Origin: Patescibacteria group bacterium
GTDB lineage: Bacteria > Patescibacteriota > JABMPQ01
NCBI GenBank assembly: GCA_041749335.1
Contig: JBGTBM010000010.1
Location: 68,533-132,532 of the forward strand
Direction: 5' to 3'
DNA length: 64,000 nucleotides
Part shown: one piece after another, positions 10,011 to 17,302 of the stretch
Layout of the letters: every line of letters starts with the position of its first letter
Position numbering within the stretch: position 1 is the first letter of the stretch
Notes under the pieces: model-generated
Databases searched by the model: none
What the model saw: only the letters and a program-made list of their open reading frames with translations
Told to the model about the DNA's origin: nothing
Position numbers and translations under genes: made by a program

Positions 10011-10454
10011 TTATTCTTCAATCAGTCCAGTGCAACGCCAATTGATCTCTGCCTCCCGAGTAACTTCATTCACAACGCAAGCGGGATTACATCCGGTTCT
10101 CTCAATATCTAAATCAAACCACCAAGTTTTAGTATAATCATTATAAGAACTATTGCCGGTTAGTTCGCCTTCAACTATACAAGCGCTATTTTGCGCAATT
10201 TCACGAGCTTCATCTTGACTCATAATAATCACTTCAGTAAAGGTCTTTCCATTGGCAGCACATTGCCGCGGATAGCTTTCCATCACGGGATTTCCGGCCT
10301 TTGCACACTCCTCAAAATTTGTAATTTCCTGATAAATTAAATTCGTATCGTTATTGTCAGATGTGTCCAGTTTATCCTTAAGATAAAAACCTAATACAAT
10401 AAGACCAGCCAAAAGTATTATCGCAAGACCAACAATTAAAATTCCCTTTTTCAT
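10011..10454 (-). CDS. membrane-anchored disulfide-rich hypothetical protein
   Basis: N-terminal TM; ITNFEECAKAGNPVMESYPRQC module common in CPR surface proteins; second module GCNPACVV...NWRCTG. Confidence 0.8.
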   Translation of the reverse strand: MKKGILIVGLAIILLAGLIVLGFYLKDKLDTSDNNDTNLIYQEITNFEECAKAGNPVMESYPRQCAANGKTFTEVIIMSQDEAREIAQNSACIVEGELTGNSSYNDYTKTWWFDLDIERTGCNPACVVNEVTREAEINWRCTGLIEE

Positions 10455-10509
10455 ATTTTTTATTATTTAATATATTTTATTATAACATTTTAAATTTTAT
10501 ACACCAAAC

Positions 10510-10541
10510 AAAAAACCCCACATCGCTGCGGGGCCTTTTTA
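10510..10541 (-). terminator. terminator of csp copy 2
   Basis: AAAGGCCCCGCA...TGTGGGGTTTTT on the minus strand. Confidence 0.75.
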
Positions 10542-10557
10542 TATGTAAGTTAAGTAA

Positions 10558-10758
10558 TTACACTCTCTTTACATTGGTAGCGTTTGGTCCTTTTGGACTA
10601 TCGCCGATTTCGAATTCAACTGTATCACCTTCATTCAATTCTTCAAAAGTTACACCTTGTAATTCATTTGAATGAAAGAAAAGATCCTTTTCCTTGCCTT
10701 CAATGGCAATGAATCCGAATCCTCGATCAGTTAATCGAGAAATTTTTCCTTTTTCCAT
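10558..10758 (-). CDS. cspA: cold-shock protein (CSD), copy 2
   Basis: MEKGKISRLTDRGFGFI...LFFHS; start at ATG 10758 by alignment with copy 1. Confidence 0.96.
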   Translation of the reverse strand: MEKGKISRLTDRGFGFIAIEGKEKDLFFHSNELQGVTFEELNEGDTVEFEIGDSPKGPNATNVKRV

Positions 10759-10771
10759 GATTGTATAATAT

Positions 10772-10843
10772 TTTCTTAAGTTCACTTTTGGTACATGCAA
10801 GGAAAAGTTCGACTACGCTACTCCTGCAAACCTTTGTGACATT
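10772..10843 (-). promoter_or_regulatory. conserved structured 5' leader of csp copy 2
   Basis: 67/72 nt identical to 4687-4758; preceded by TTGACA-17-TATTCT. Confidence 0.7.
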
Positions 10844-10928
10844 ACAAGAATAGAATATTTAGATTTAAATGTCAATAACTTCCGCTTAATTTCATATACT
10901 AAAGTCGATTCAGATTATTTTACCTTTT

Positions 10929-10988
10929 AAAAAAACCAGACCCACTAAGTAGCAAATCACAACAATTCACTAGTAAGTTGAGTCTAGT
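10929..10988 (-). ncRNA. putative ~60-nt hairpin small RNA, GUUGU-loop family, copy 2
   Basis: ACTAGACTCA...TAGTGAATT-GTTGT-GATTTGCTA...TGGGTCTGGTTTTTTT; extended -10 TGTTAAGCT (10995-11003); substitutions keep pairing through G-U. Confidence 0.65.
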
Positions 10989-11101
10989 TTTTAAAGCTTA
11001 ACACAGTTTAATAAAAATAGATAGTTTATTATAATTTGCCCAAATTAAGTAATTTAAAGGCTTGGATTACTTTTTTATCAGCATAGTGTTAATATATTTT
11101 T

Positions 11102-12337
11102 ATGCGAAAACCATTAGACATTATTGTTATCGGCGGCGGGCCGGCCGGAATGATGGCTGCCGGCACTGCGGCTTCGAGTGGAGCTTCGGTTTTATTATTG
11201 GAAAAAAATGAAAAATTGGGTAAAAAATTGCTTTTAACCGGCAAGGAGCGCTGTAATATTACTAATGCTGAAATTAATAGCCATACCCTCAAAAAGATAT
11301 ATGGAAAAAATGGCGGCTTTCTTCATTCCGCTTTTAATTCCTTTTCCAACCAGGATATTATCGAATTTTTTGAAGACCAAGGAGTAAAAACCAAAGTGGA
11401 GCGCGGCAATCGCGTCTTTCCTCAAAGCGACCGTGCGCTCGACGTTTTAAGCGCGTTAAAAAATTATTTAACGAAAAATAACGTTAAAATAAAATATCAA
11501 GCTGAAGTAAAAAGTTTTATTAGAAAAGAAGGGCTGATCACTAAAGTTGTTCTTAGTAATGGCGAAGAATGTAAAGCTGATAAATTTATTATTGCGACCG
11601 GCGGTAAATCTTATCCCGAAACCGGCTCGACCGGCGATGCATTTTCTTGGCTTACTGGTATGGGACATCAAGTGATTAAACCCGCCCCCGCCTTGGTTCC
11701 GATTATAATGTCTAATGAATTTATCAAAGATCTCGAAGGTTTGAGCCTGCGCAACGTTAAAATAACTCTTTTTGATAATAATACCAAGATCGATGCGCGT
11801 TTTGGCGAAGCGCTTTTTACCGCCCATGGCATGAGCGGCCCGGTTATTTTAGATCTTAGCAAATTAGTTACCGGACTGATCAAGCCGACTCTCAATATTG
11901 ATCTAAAACCCGCTCTGAATTATCAGCAGCTCGATCTTCGCATCCAACGAGACTTTGCTAAATTTAATAATAAGATATTCCGTAATTCTTTACATCAATT
12001 GCTTCCTCGAAAGCTTATTGCCGTAATTATTAAATTGAGTGGCATCGATCCGGAAAAATATGTTAATGCAATCACAAAATCGGAGCGAAAGAAACTATTA
12101 AATTTACTTAAAGAGTTCAAATTAAGCATCAAGGGCGTTGATGGTTATCGCAAAGCTATTATTACTGCCGGCGGAGTTAGTTTGAAAGAAGTTGATCCAA
12201 AAACAATGCGTTCAAAATTAATTGATAATCTTTATTTTGCCGGAGAAGTGCTTGATCTAGACGGTCCCACCGGCGGATTTAACCTGCAAATTTGCTGGAG
12301 CTCCGGTTATTGCGCCGGCCTATCTTCTGCCAATTAA
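11102..12337 (+). CDS. HI0933/BaiN-family NAD(P)/FAD-dependent oxidoreductase
   Basis: IGGGPAGMMAA, GKKLLLTGKERCNITN, ATGGKSYP.TGSTGD, TAGGV, GEVLDLDGPTGGFNLQ. Confidence 0.95.
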   Translation: MRKPLDIIVIGGGPAGMMAAGTAASSGASVLLLEKNEKLGKKLLLTGKERCNITNAEINSHTLKKIYGKNGGFLHSAFNSFSNQDIIEFFEDQGVKTKVERGNRVFPQSDRALDVLSALKNYLTKNNVKIKYQAEVKSFIRKEGLITKVVLSNGEECKADKFIIATGGKSYPETGSTGDAFSWLTGMGHQVIKPAPALVPIIMSNEFIKDLEGLSLRNVKITLFDNNTKIDARFGEALFTAHGMSGPVILDLSKLVTGLIKPTLNIDLKPALNYQQLDLRIQRDFAKFNNKIFRNSLHQLLPRKLIAVIIKLSGIDPEKYVNAITKSERKKLLNLLKEFKLSIKGVDGYRKAIITAGGVSLKEVDPKTMRSKLIDNLYFAGEVLDLDGPTGGFNLQICWSSGYCAGLSSAN

Positions 12338-12411
12338 TTTTTGATACTTATCCTTATATTGCTTTTATTTATTTTTTGCTATGATTATTTTTACAAGGAG
12401 GGACTATAAAA

Positions 12412-12609
12412 ATGCCATCCGAGCTTCTCTACACTATAGATACACACTGCCTGAATTGCGGTCATTGGTTTCCAATTATAGAAAATTCCAGCTTTTGCCC
12501 CCGCTGTTTTAGTAAATATATTCGTATTGTAAAAATAATAATTGAAGCGGGATATGAAAGACCGTTAAGTGCTATCGATATGACTGAAAGATTTAAAGAT
12601 CTTTATTAA
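12412..12609 (+). CDS. small zinc-ribbon protein
   Basis: AGGAGG SD; CLNC...CPRC. Confidence 0.7.
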   Translation: MPSELLYTIDTHCLNCGHWFPIIENSSFCPRCFSKYIRIVKIIIEAGYERPLSAIDMTERFKDLY

Positions 12610-12687
12610 AATTGTGATTAAAAAGGAGCCATGGGCTTCTTTTTTTATTAAAAAACCGTAAAGTTTGACTTTACGGCGATAAAAGGT

Positions 12688-12972
12688 CTATTTGATTTGC
12701 ACAATCCGGTGCGATCGACAAGCTTCGCTATCACTTAGTATCCTTGCCGGACACTCCCCTTTATATCCTGAATCAAGCGGATCATCATCATAAGAAACAT
12801 CGCTAAAAAAATCAGCCTGAGTGCCTTCAAAGCCACATTCTTCACAGCGAAAGATGCGCTCCGGAAATATGTCTTCAGATTGGCAGCGAGGGCAAATATA
12901 TTCATTATTCTGAAAAACGTCGATCGTATCGCAATATTTACAAGTCTCGCACATATAAAAGTTCGTAGCCAC
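12688..12972 (-). CDS. small double zinc-ribbon protein
   Basis: AGGAGG SD plus GTG start; CETC, CPRC, CEEC, C...C. Confidence 0.75.
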   Translation of the reverse strand: MATNFYMCETCKYCDTIDVFQNNEYICPRCQSEDIFPERIFRCEECGFEGTQADFFSDVSYDDDPLDSGYKGECPARILSDSEACRSHRIVQIK

Positions 12973-13046
12973 TTTGTTGCCTCCTTTTTGTGACTAATAC
13001 TATAGTTTGCCTAAATTATCAATAATGTCAATAAATCCAGGTGCTT

Positions 13047-13796
13047 TTATTCCGATACTCTAACATCAAATGTTTCAATTCCGCGCGCAATTGATTCAAT
13101 ATCATCAAGAACTGCTTGCGGAATATCTCTAGGTGGCAAAACATCCGTGTCTTGATGAGGAATATAGTAATTCGTATAGGTAAAAATATATTTATTATTT
13201 CGAGCTAGCTCCTGCACCCGGCCGCTCTTAATCGCGTCATAGTCGTCTATGGCATAAATGTTTAAAGAAAATAAGTCTTCATACCCATTAATATCGCTAG
13301 ATAATCCTTCTTGTCCCGAAGGATAATAAAATATATATTCAGCTTGATAGCCTTGGCGCATCTGTTCAATTTCCGCCTCATCAATGCTCTCATTTGCATC
13401 TAAATCCGGTTCAATCATATCTTCCGCAACCATCAGCATCGCCTTATAATCCGGCCAATTTTTAGTAAATTTCAAGGTAAAACCATATTCGTTGCTAACA
13501 AATATTTCCGTACCATTTATCATATTTGGTTCTCCGATGATATCCTCAAGCTCTTGTTCATTCAAATAATAATTATCCAAATTATTTAACCAATTTTCAC
13601 TTTCAAAAAATTCCCCCTGATCATCAATAATATCCACGCCCTGCTGCACTTTATTTTTATACGCCCACCAGCCTCCCAAAAATATTACTACCGCTGCAAC
13701 AAAAATTAATATTAAAACTATAAATAAAATCCAAATCCAGAATTGGTTTTTTCTTTTCTCGCCCCGTTTTTGCAGCGAACCATTTTTTTGTTCCAT
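13047..13796 (-). CDS. membrane-anchored hypothetical protein (PsbP-like ectodomain possible)
   Basis: One TM; motif NEYGFTLKFTKNW. Confidence 0.75.
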   Translation of the reverse strand: MEQKNGSLQKRGEKRKNQFWIWILFIVLILIFVAAVVIFLGGWWAYKNKVQQGVDIIDDQGEFFESENWLNNLDNYYLNEQELEDIIGEPNMINGTEIFVSNEYGFTLKFTKNWPDYKAMLMVAEDMIEPDLDANESIDEAEIEQMRQGYQAEYIFYYPSGQEGLSSDINGYEDLFSLNIYAIDDYDAIKSGRVQELARNNKYIFTYTNYYIPHQDTDVLPPRDIPQAVLDDIESIARGIETFDVRVSE

Positions 13797-13876
13797 ATTT
13801 TTTATATCTTACACTTATACTTTAATTTAAATCCTTAGAGTGTCAAGTTGTAATATTTATACAACAATAATATCAA

Positions 13877-14902
13877 TTATTGCCCAGCCAATTGCCCGCA
13901 AGCTCCTTTTATTTCCCCGCCCAGACTTTTTCTAATAGTTGCCGCTATTTTTTTTTCTAATAAATAATCCTTAAATATTTTTATTTTTTTATCCGGCGAT
14001 GGTTGATAATCATTACCTGCGATATTATAGCTAATTAAATTCACATGCAGCAAATAATAATTTTTAAATGTTTTTAGATATTCAATTAATTTTTTAGCGT
14101 CTTCCAAGTTATCATTTATTCCATTAAGCATAATATATTCGATAAATATTTTACGCTTAGTAATATCAAGATACTGTTCCAGAGCTCCTTTTAATTTAGC
14201 CAAATTATACTTACGATTTATCGGCATATAGCGGCTCCGTTTTTCATCATCCGCGAAATGCAGCGACAATGCGAGATTAATTTGAGGAAATTTTTTGCCT
14301 AATTCAATAATTTTATCCGGAATGCCGGAAGTTGATACCGAAATACTGCGCGCGCCATAACCAAACAAATCATGGTTCATTAAATTTTTAAGGCTTTCGG
14401 CAACATTTTCCCAATTCATTAAGGGCTCGCCCATGCCCATGTAAACAATATTGCTAAAATTACCGAATATTTTTTCCTTTTTTAAAAATTGTCTCCAAAA
14501 CAATACCTGATCGGTTATTTCTTCCGAGGTGAGATTTCTTTTAATCCCCTGTCTGCCGGTAGCGCAAAAATTACATTTAAGCGCGCATCCAACCTGAGTG
14601 GAAATACAGGCCGACCATGTTTTAGGTTTAATAGAAATCAATACTGTTTCTATACATAAACCATCATTTAATTTTAAAAGGGCTTTGATACTATCATGGT
14701 TTTTTGCAGACAAAACATCTACTACAGCAAAGGAAAGTATGTTTATTTCTTGAGCTAATTTTTCCCTTAATTCTGTTGGAATATTTTTTATATCTGAAAA
14801 TTTATCTATATTATTCTGATAGATTGCTTGTTTTATTTGCCTTAAGCGGTATTTCGGCTGCCCTAAGCCATTTAATAATTTCTCTAATTTTATACTATCC
14901 AT
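13877..14902 (-). CDS. rlmN: 23S rRNA m2A2503 radical SAM methyltransferase
   Basis: CISTQVGCALKCNFCATG, MGMGEP, SLH, GACGQL. Confidence 0.96.
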   Translation of the reverse strand: MDSIKLEKLLNGLGQPKYRLRQIKQAIYQNNIDKFSDIKNIPTELREKLAQEINILSFAVVDVLSAKNHDSIKALLKLNDGLCIETVLISIKPKTWSACISTQVGCALKCNFCATGRQGIKRNLTSEEITDQVLFWRQFLKKEKIFGNFSNIVYMGMGEPLMNWENVAESLKNLMNHDLFGYGARSISVSTSGIPDKIIELGKKFPQINLALSLHFADDEKRSRYMPINRKYNLAKLKGALEQYLDITKRKIFIEYIMLNGINDNLEDAKKLIEYLKTFKNYYLLHVNLISYNIAGNDYQPSPDKKIKIFKDYLLEKKIAATIRKSLGGEIKGACGQLAGQ

Positions 14903-15013
14903 TGCAATAAATCTTATTTTCTACTCTTATATTATATCTTACCAAAAAATAATCTTCCTAGCTATATTCATAATAATTTTTAATAATTCAAATATAATAT
15001 TTATTGATAATGA

Positions 15014-15042
15014 TTGACTATTATTAATAAAAATAATATTAT
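15014..15042 (+). promoter_or_regulatory. sigma70 promoter of the tRNA fragment/GIY-YIG/tRNA-Gln unit
   Basis: TTGACT-17 nt-TATTAT, 15 nt before the tRNA-like sequence. Confidence 0.65.
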
Positions 15043-15057
15043 ATTTATTAATAGCAT

Positions 15058-15119
15058 TCGGGGATCGTCTAATGGTAGGACACCTGGTTTTCCTGCCTGC
15101 CGCAGGCTGGGGTCCAGGC
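15058..15119 (+). pseudogene. duplicated 5' part of tRNA-Gln(UUG) with a 19-nt palindrome in the anticodon loop; no T arm or 3' acceptor strand
   Basis: 15056-15091 identical to 15385-15420; 15111-15119 identical to 15421-15429; insert at 15092-15110. Confidence 0.9.
15092..15110. repeat. short GC-rich palindrome CCTGCCTGCCGCAGGCTGG (REP-like)
   Basis: Imperfect inverted repeat CC-T-GCCTG-CCG-CAGGC-T-GG, absent from the intact tRNA copy. Confidence 0.75.
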
Positions 15120-15127
15120 TAATCACT

Positions 15128-15382
15128 ATGAAATATTATGTTTACATTTTAATATCTGCTGCTAAAAGTAATTGGAGCTATGTTGGCCAAACCGATGATA
15201 TTAATCGCAGAATAAAGGAGCACAATAGCGGCAAAGTGCGATCTACTAAAGGATATATGCCGCTTAAGTGCATCTATTGCGAATTATTTAGTCAAAGAAA
15301 AAGGTCGCTTGCGAGAGAAAAATATTTGAAATCCGGCATTGGCAGAGATGAAAAATATACAATCATTACCAAAAATCATTGA
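15128..15382 (+). CDS. stand-alone GIY-YIG nuclease (84 aa)
   Basis: MKYYVYILIS...SYVGQTDDINRRIKEHNSGK..STK.Y.P...E...AREKYLKSG.GR; true start at ATG 15128. Confidence 0.92.
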   Translation: MKYYVYILISAAKSNWSYVGQTDDINRRIKEHNSGKVRSTKGYMPLKCIYCELFSQRKRSLAREKYLKSGIGRDEKYTIITKNH

Positions 15383-15386
15383 TTAT

Positions 15387-15457
15387 TCGGGGATCGTCTA
15401 ATGGTAGGACACCTGGTTTTGGTCCAGGCAATCGGGGTTCGAGTCCCTGTCCCCGAG
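15387..15457 (+). tRNA. tRNA-Gln(UUG), CCA not encoded
   Basis: Cloverleaf: acceptor TCGGGGA/TCCCCGA (U1-A72), D arm GTC/GAC, anticodon arm CCTGG-TTTTGGT-CCAGG, T arm CGGGG-TTCGAGT-CCCTG. Confidence 0.96.
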
Positions 15458-15503
15458 TTTTTTATTAAACTTGATATTTAAAACAAATTTGCTATACTTA
15501 TTT

Positions 15504-15566
15504 GACTAGACCTGTCTAATCGATAAATCGTTGTTGATTTATCGATCCAGCGGGTCTGGTTTTTTT
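15504..15566 (+). ncRNA. putative ~60-nt hairpin small RNA, GUUGU-loop family, copy 3
   Basis: GACTAGACCTG...ATCGATAAATC-GTTGTT-GATTTATCGAT...CGGGTCTGGTTTTTTT; own promoter TTGATA (15471) and TGCTATACT (15490-15498). Confidence 0.68.
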
Positions 15567-15593
15567 AAAAAAATAACTGCGATAATCGCAGTT

Positions 15594-15875
15594 TTATGAT
15601 ACTTTTTTCCACAACAACACAATTTTATCCGAATGCGTAGAAATTTTTATTTTGGATAAAGAACCGGCCTTGATTACAGCTCCTTTTTTTAAAAGACGAG
15701 CCGAACTCTTACTTAAGATATTTATTTCGATATTTTTATCGGAATAATTATCTAAATGGATTAAGTGAGATCCATCTCTATTGATATAAATATCAACATC
15801 AAAAAGGTTTTCAGCATTAAAGCCAAGCATTTGACCAAAACTGATTTCAATTCTATTCCATACCTTTATTTCCAT
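15594..15875 (-). CDS. hypothetical protein
   Basis: GGGAGG SD; 93 aa; hairpin AACTGCGAT-A-ATCGCAGTT directly after the stop. Confidence 0.65.
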   Translation of the reverse strand: MEIKVWNRIEISFGQMLGFNAENLFDVDIYINRDGSHLIHLDNYSDKNIEINILSKSSARLLKKGAVIKAGSLSKIKISTHSDKIVLLWKKVS

Positions 15876-15965
15876 TGTTTCCCTCCCGTCGATGAATATT
15901 TATGCCCACTCCTTGTTTTTTAAACAAAAAGCTCATAAATTGAGCTCTTGAAATCGTTATTTTAT

Positions 15966-16187
15966 CTAAAAGTGCATTCTGGTTAACCTCTCAGCCTTTA
16001 AAACATTTGCCGCCAACTTGATTAATTCCTGTTCGCTATTTAATAAACAAGATGAGCAACTTTGGAATATTCTTTTGCTGGGAAAGGATACCACAAAATA
16101 TTCCTCACAATGCTCAATCTCACATCCTCGTTTCAAAAGTACTCATCGCGCCACCTTAACCTTTAGTTCATTTGACTGCTTGAGCAT
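15966..16187 (-). pseudogene. small ORF with in-frame TGA at codon 15
   Basis: AAAGGAGG SD, ATG at 16187, MLKQSNELKVKVAR*VLLKRGCEIEHCEEYF...RMHF, TAG at 15966. Confidence 0.45.
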
Positions 16188-16198
16188 CTTCCCTCCTT

Positions 16199-17302
16199 TT
16201 ATCGGCCCTGTAAAAATCGTTTTTCCTTGAAAATTAAATATATTGCTAATATAGACATAAAAACCACCAATGTCAATAATGAAATTAATTTACTTTTTCC
16301 TTCTGTGTATAAGGCCACTGTTCCAAAAATAGCGCTAACTAGATATAAAAATATTACTGCTTGCTTATGGGTAAATCCGATTTCCAATAAACGATGGTGT
16401 AAATGTTTTTTATCCGCGCTATGAAAGGGAGATTTTTTGTACCGTAATCTGCGCAAAATTACCCATGCAACATCCAACACCGGAATTCCTAATATTAATA
16501 AAGCGGTGGCAATTTTTCCTCCGCTGATAATTGCCATAATTCCCAGCATCAAACCCGCATATGAACTTCCCCCTTCACCTAAAAATATTCTAGCGGGATT
16601 AAAATTTAATAACAAAAATCCCAAAAAGGCACCGGCTAATACTATGCATAGAAAAGCAGTTTCTGGTTGCATAACACTCGGTGTCAAGCTTAAAAAAAAT
16701 AAAATGATTGCTCCAATCATTAAAATTCCGGAAACCAGGCCATCTAGTCCGTCTAAAAATTTTGTAGTATACATCATCCCCATTAGCCATAAAAAAGTAA
16801 AGATATCCGCTATGGGCGTAAAATAATATGGAATATTATTATATTCAAATAATTTAATATTGATTAAATCAAGCCTAAAAGAATTGCCAAGCGGATTTCT
16901 TAAAAGATCAATGCCGATACCAGATACAATAATCACAACCGACGCCATAATCGGCCATATAATTTGTTTAAGCGGCGATAAATTATATTTATCATCCAGA
17001 TATCCCCCTACCATCAATATCAGTCCGGCAATAGTCATTCCGACAATGTATTTTGGCAACATATAACCTTGATTAAAGTTTTTGTTCAATACAATAAAGG
17101 CAATAACAGTAATAGTAAACGATAAATAAACAGCCGCGCCTCCCAACAGCGGCATCTCTGCTCGATGAATTTTTCTTATCTCGCCAGGCTTATCCACAAT
17201 CCCTTTTTTCTTGGCATAAGGAATTATCTGCTTCGCTATAAAAAAAGCGATTACCACAGCTACAATAAAATAAATTATATATTGTAAATTATATATTGGC
17301 AT
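16199..17302 (-). CDS. undecaprenyl-phosphate GlcNAc-1-phosphate transferase (WecA/TagO, MraY family)
   Basis: RKIH..MPLLGG, GYLDD, LDGLDGL, NFNPARIFLG, DKKHLHHRL. Confidence 0.93.
   Translation of the reverse strand: MPIYNLQYIIYFIVAVVIAFFIAKQIIPYAKKKGIVDKPGEIRKIHRAEMPLLGGAAVYLSFTITVIAFIVLNKNFNQGYMLPKYIVGMTIAGLILMVGGYLDDKYNLSPLKQIIWPIMASVVIIVSGIGIDLLRNPLGNSFRLDLINIKLFEYNNIPYYFTPIADIFTFLWLMGMMYTTKFLDGLDGLVSGILMIGAIILFFLSLTPSVMQPETAFLCIVLAGAFLGFLLLNFNPARIFLGEGGSSYAGLMLGIMAIISGGKIATALLILGIPVLDVAWVILRRLRYKKSPFHSADKKHLHHRLLEIGFTHKQAVIFLYLVSAIFGTVALYTEGKSKLISLLTLVVFMSILAIYLIFKEKRFLQGR

Noticed and set aside
10759-10800. 14-aa N-terminal extension of csp copy 2
   Set aside because: The ATG lies in the conserved leader and is not preserved in copy 1.
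15014-15127. 38-aa N-terminal extension of the GIY-YIG ORF in the ORF track
   Set aside because: It starts at the TTG of the -35 box and reads through the tRNA fragment; the domain starts at ATG 15128.
15092-15420. Group I intron with homing endonuclease in the tRNA anticodon loop
   Set aside because: Outside the ORF there is no room for a ribozyme core, and a complete uninterrupted tRNA follows.
16143-16145. Genetic code 25 (TGA=Gly) or selenocysteine
   Set aside because: TGA is a normal stop for genes such as mreD, folD and mtaB, long genes have no internal TGA, and no SECIS-like hairpin was recognised.
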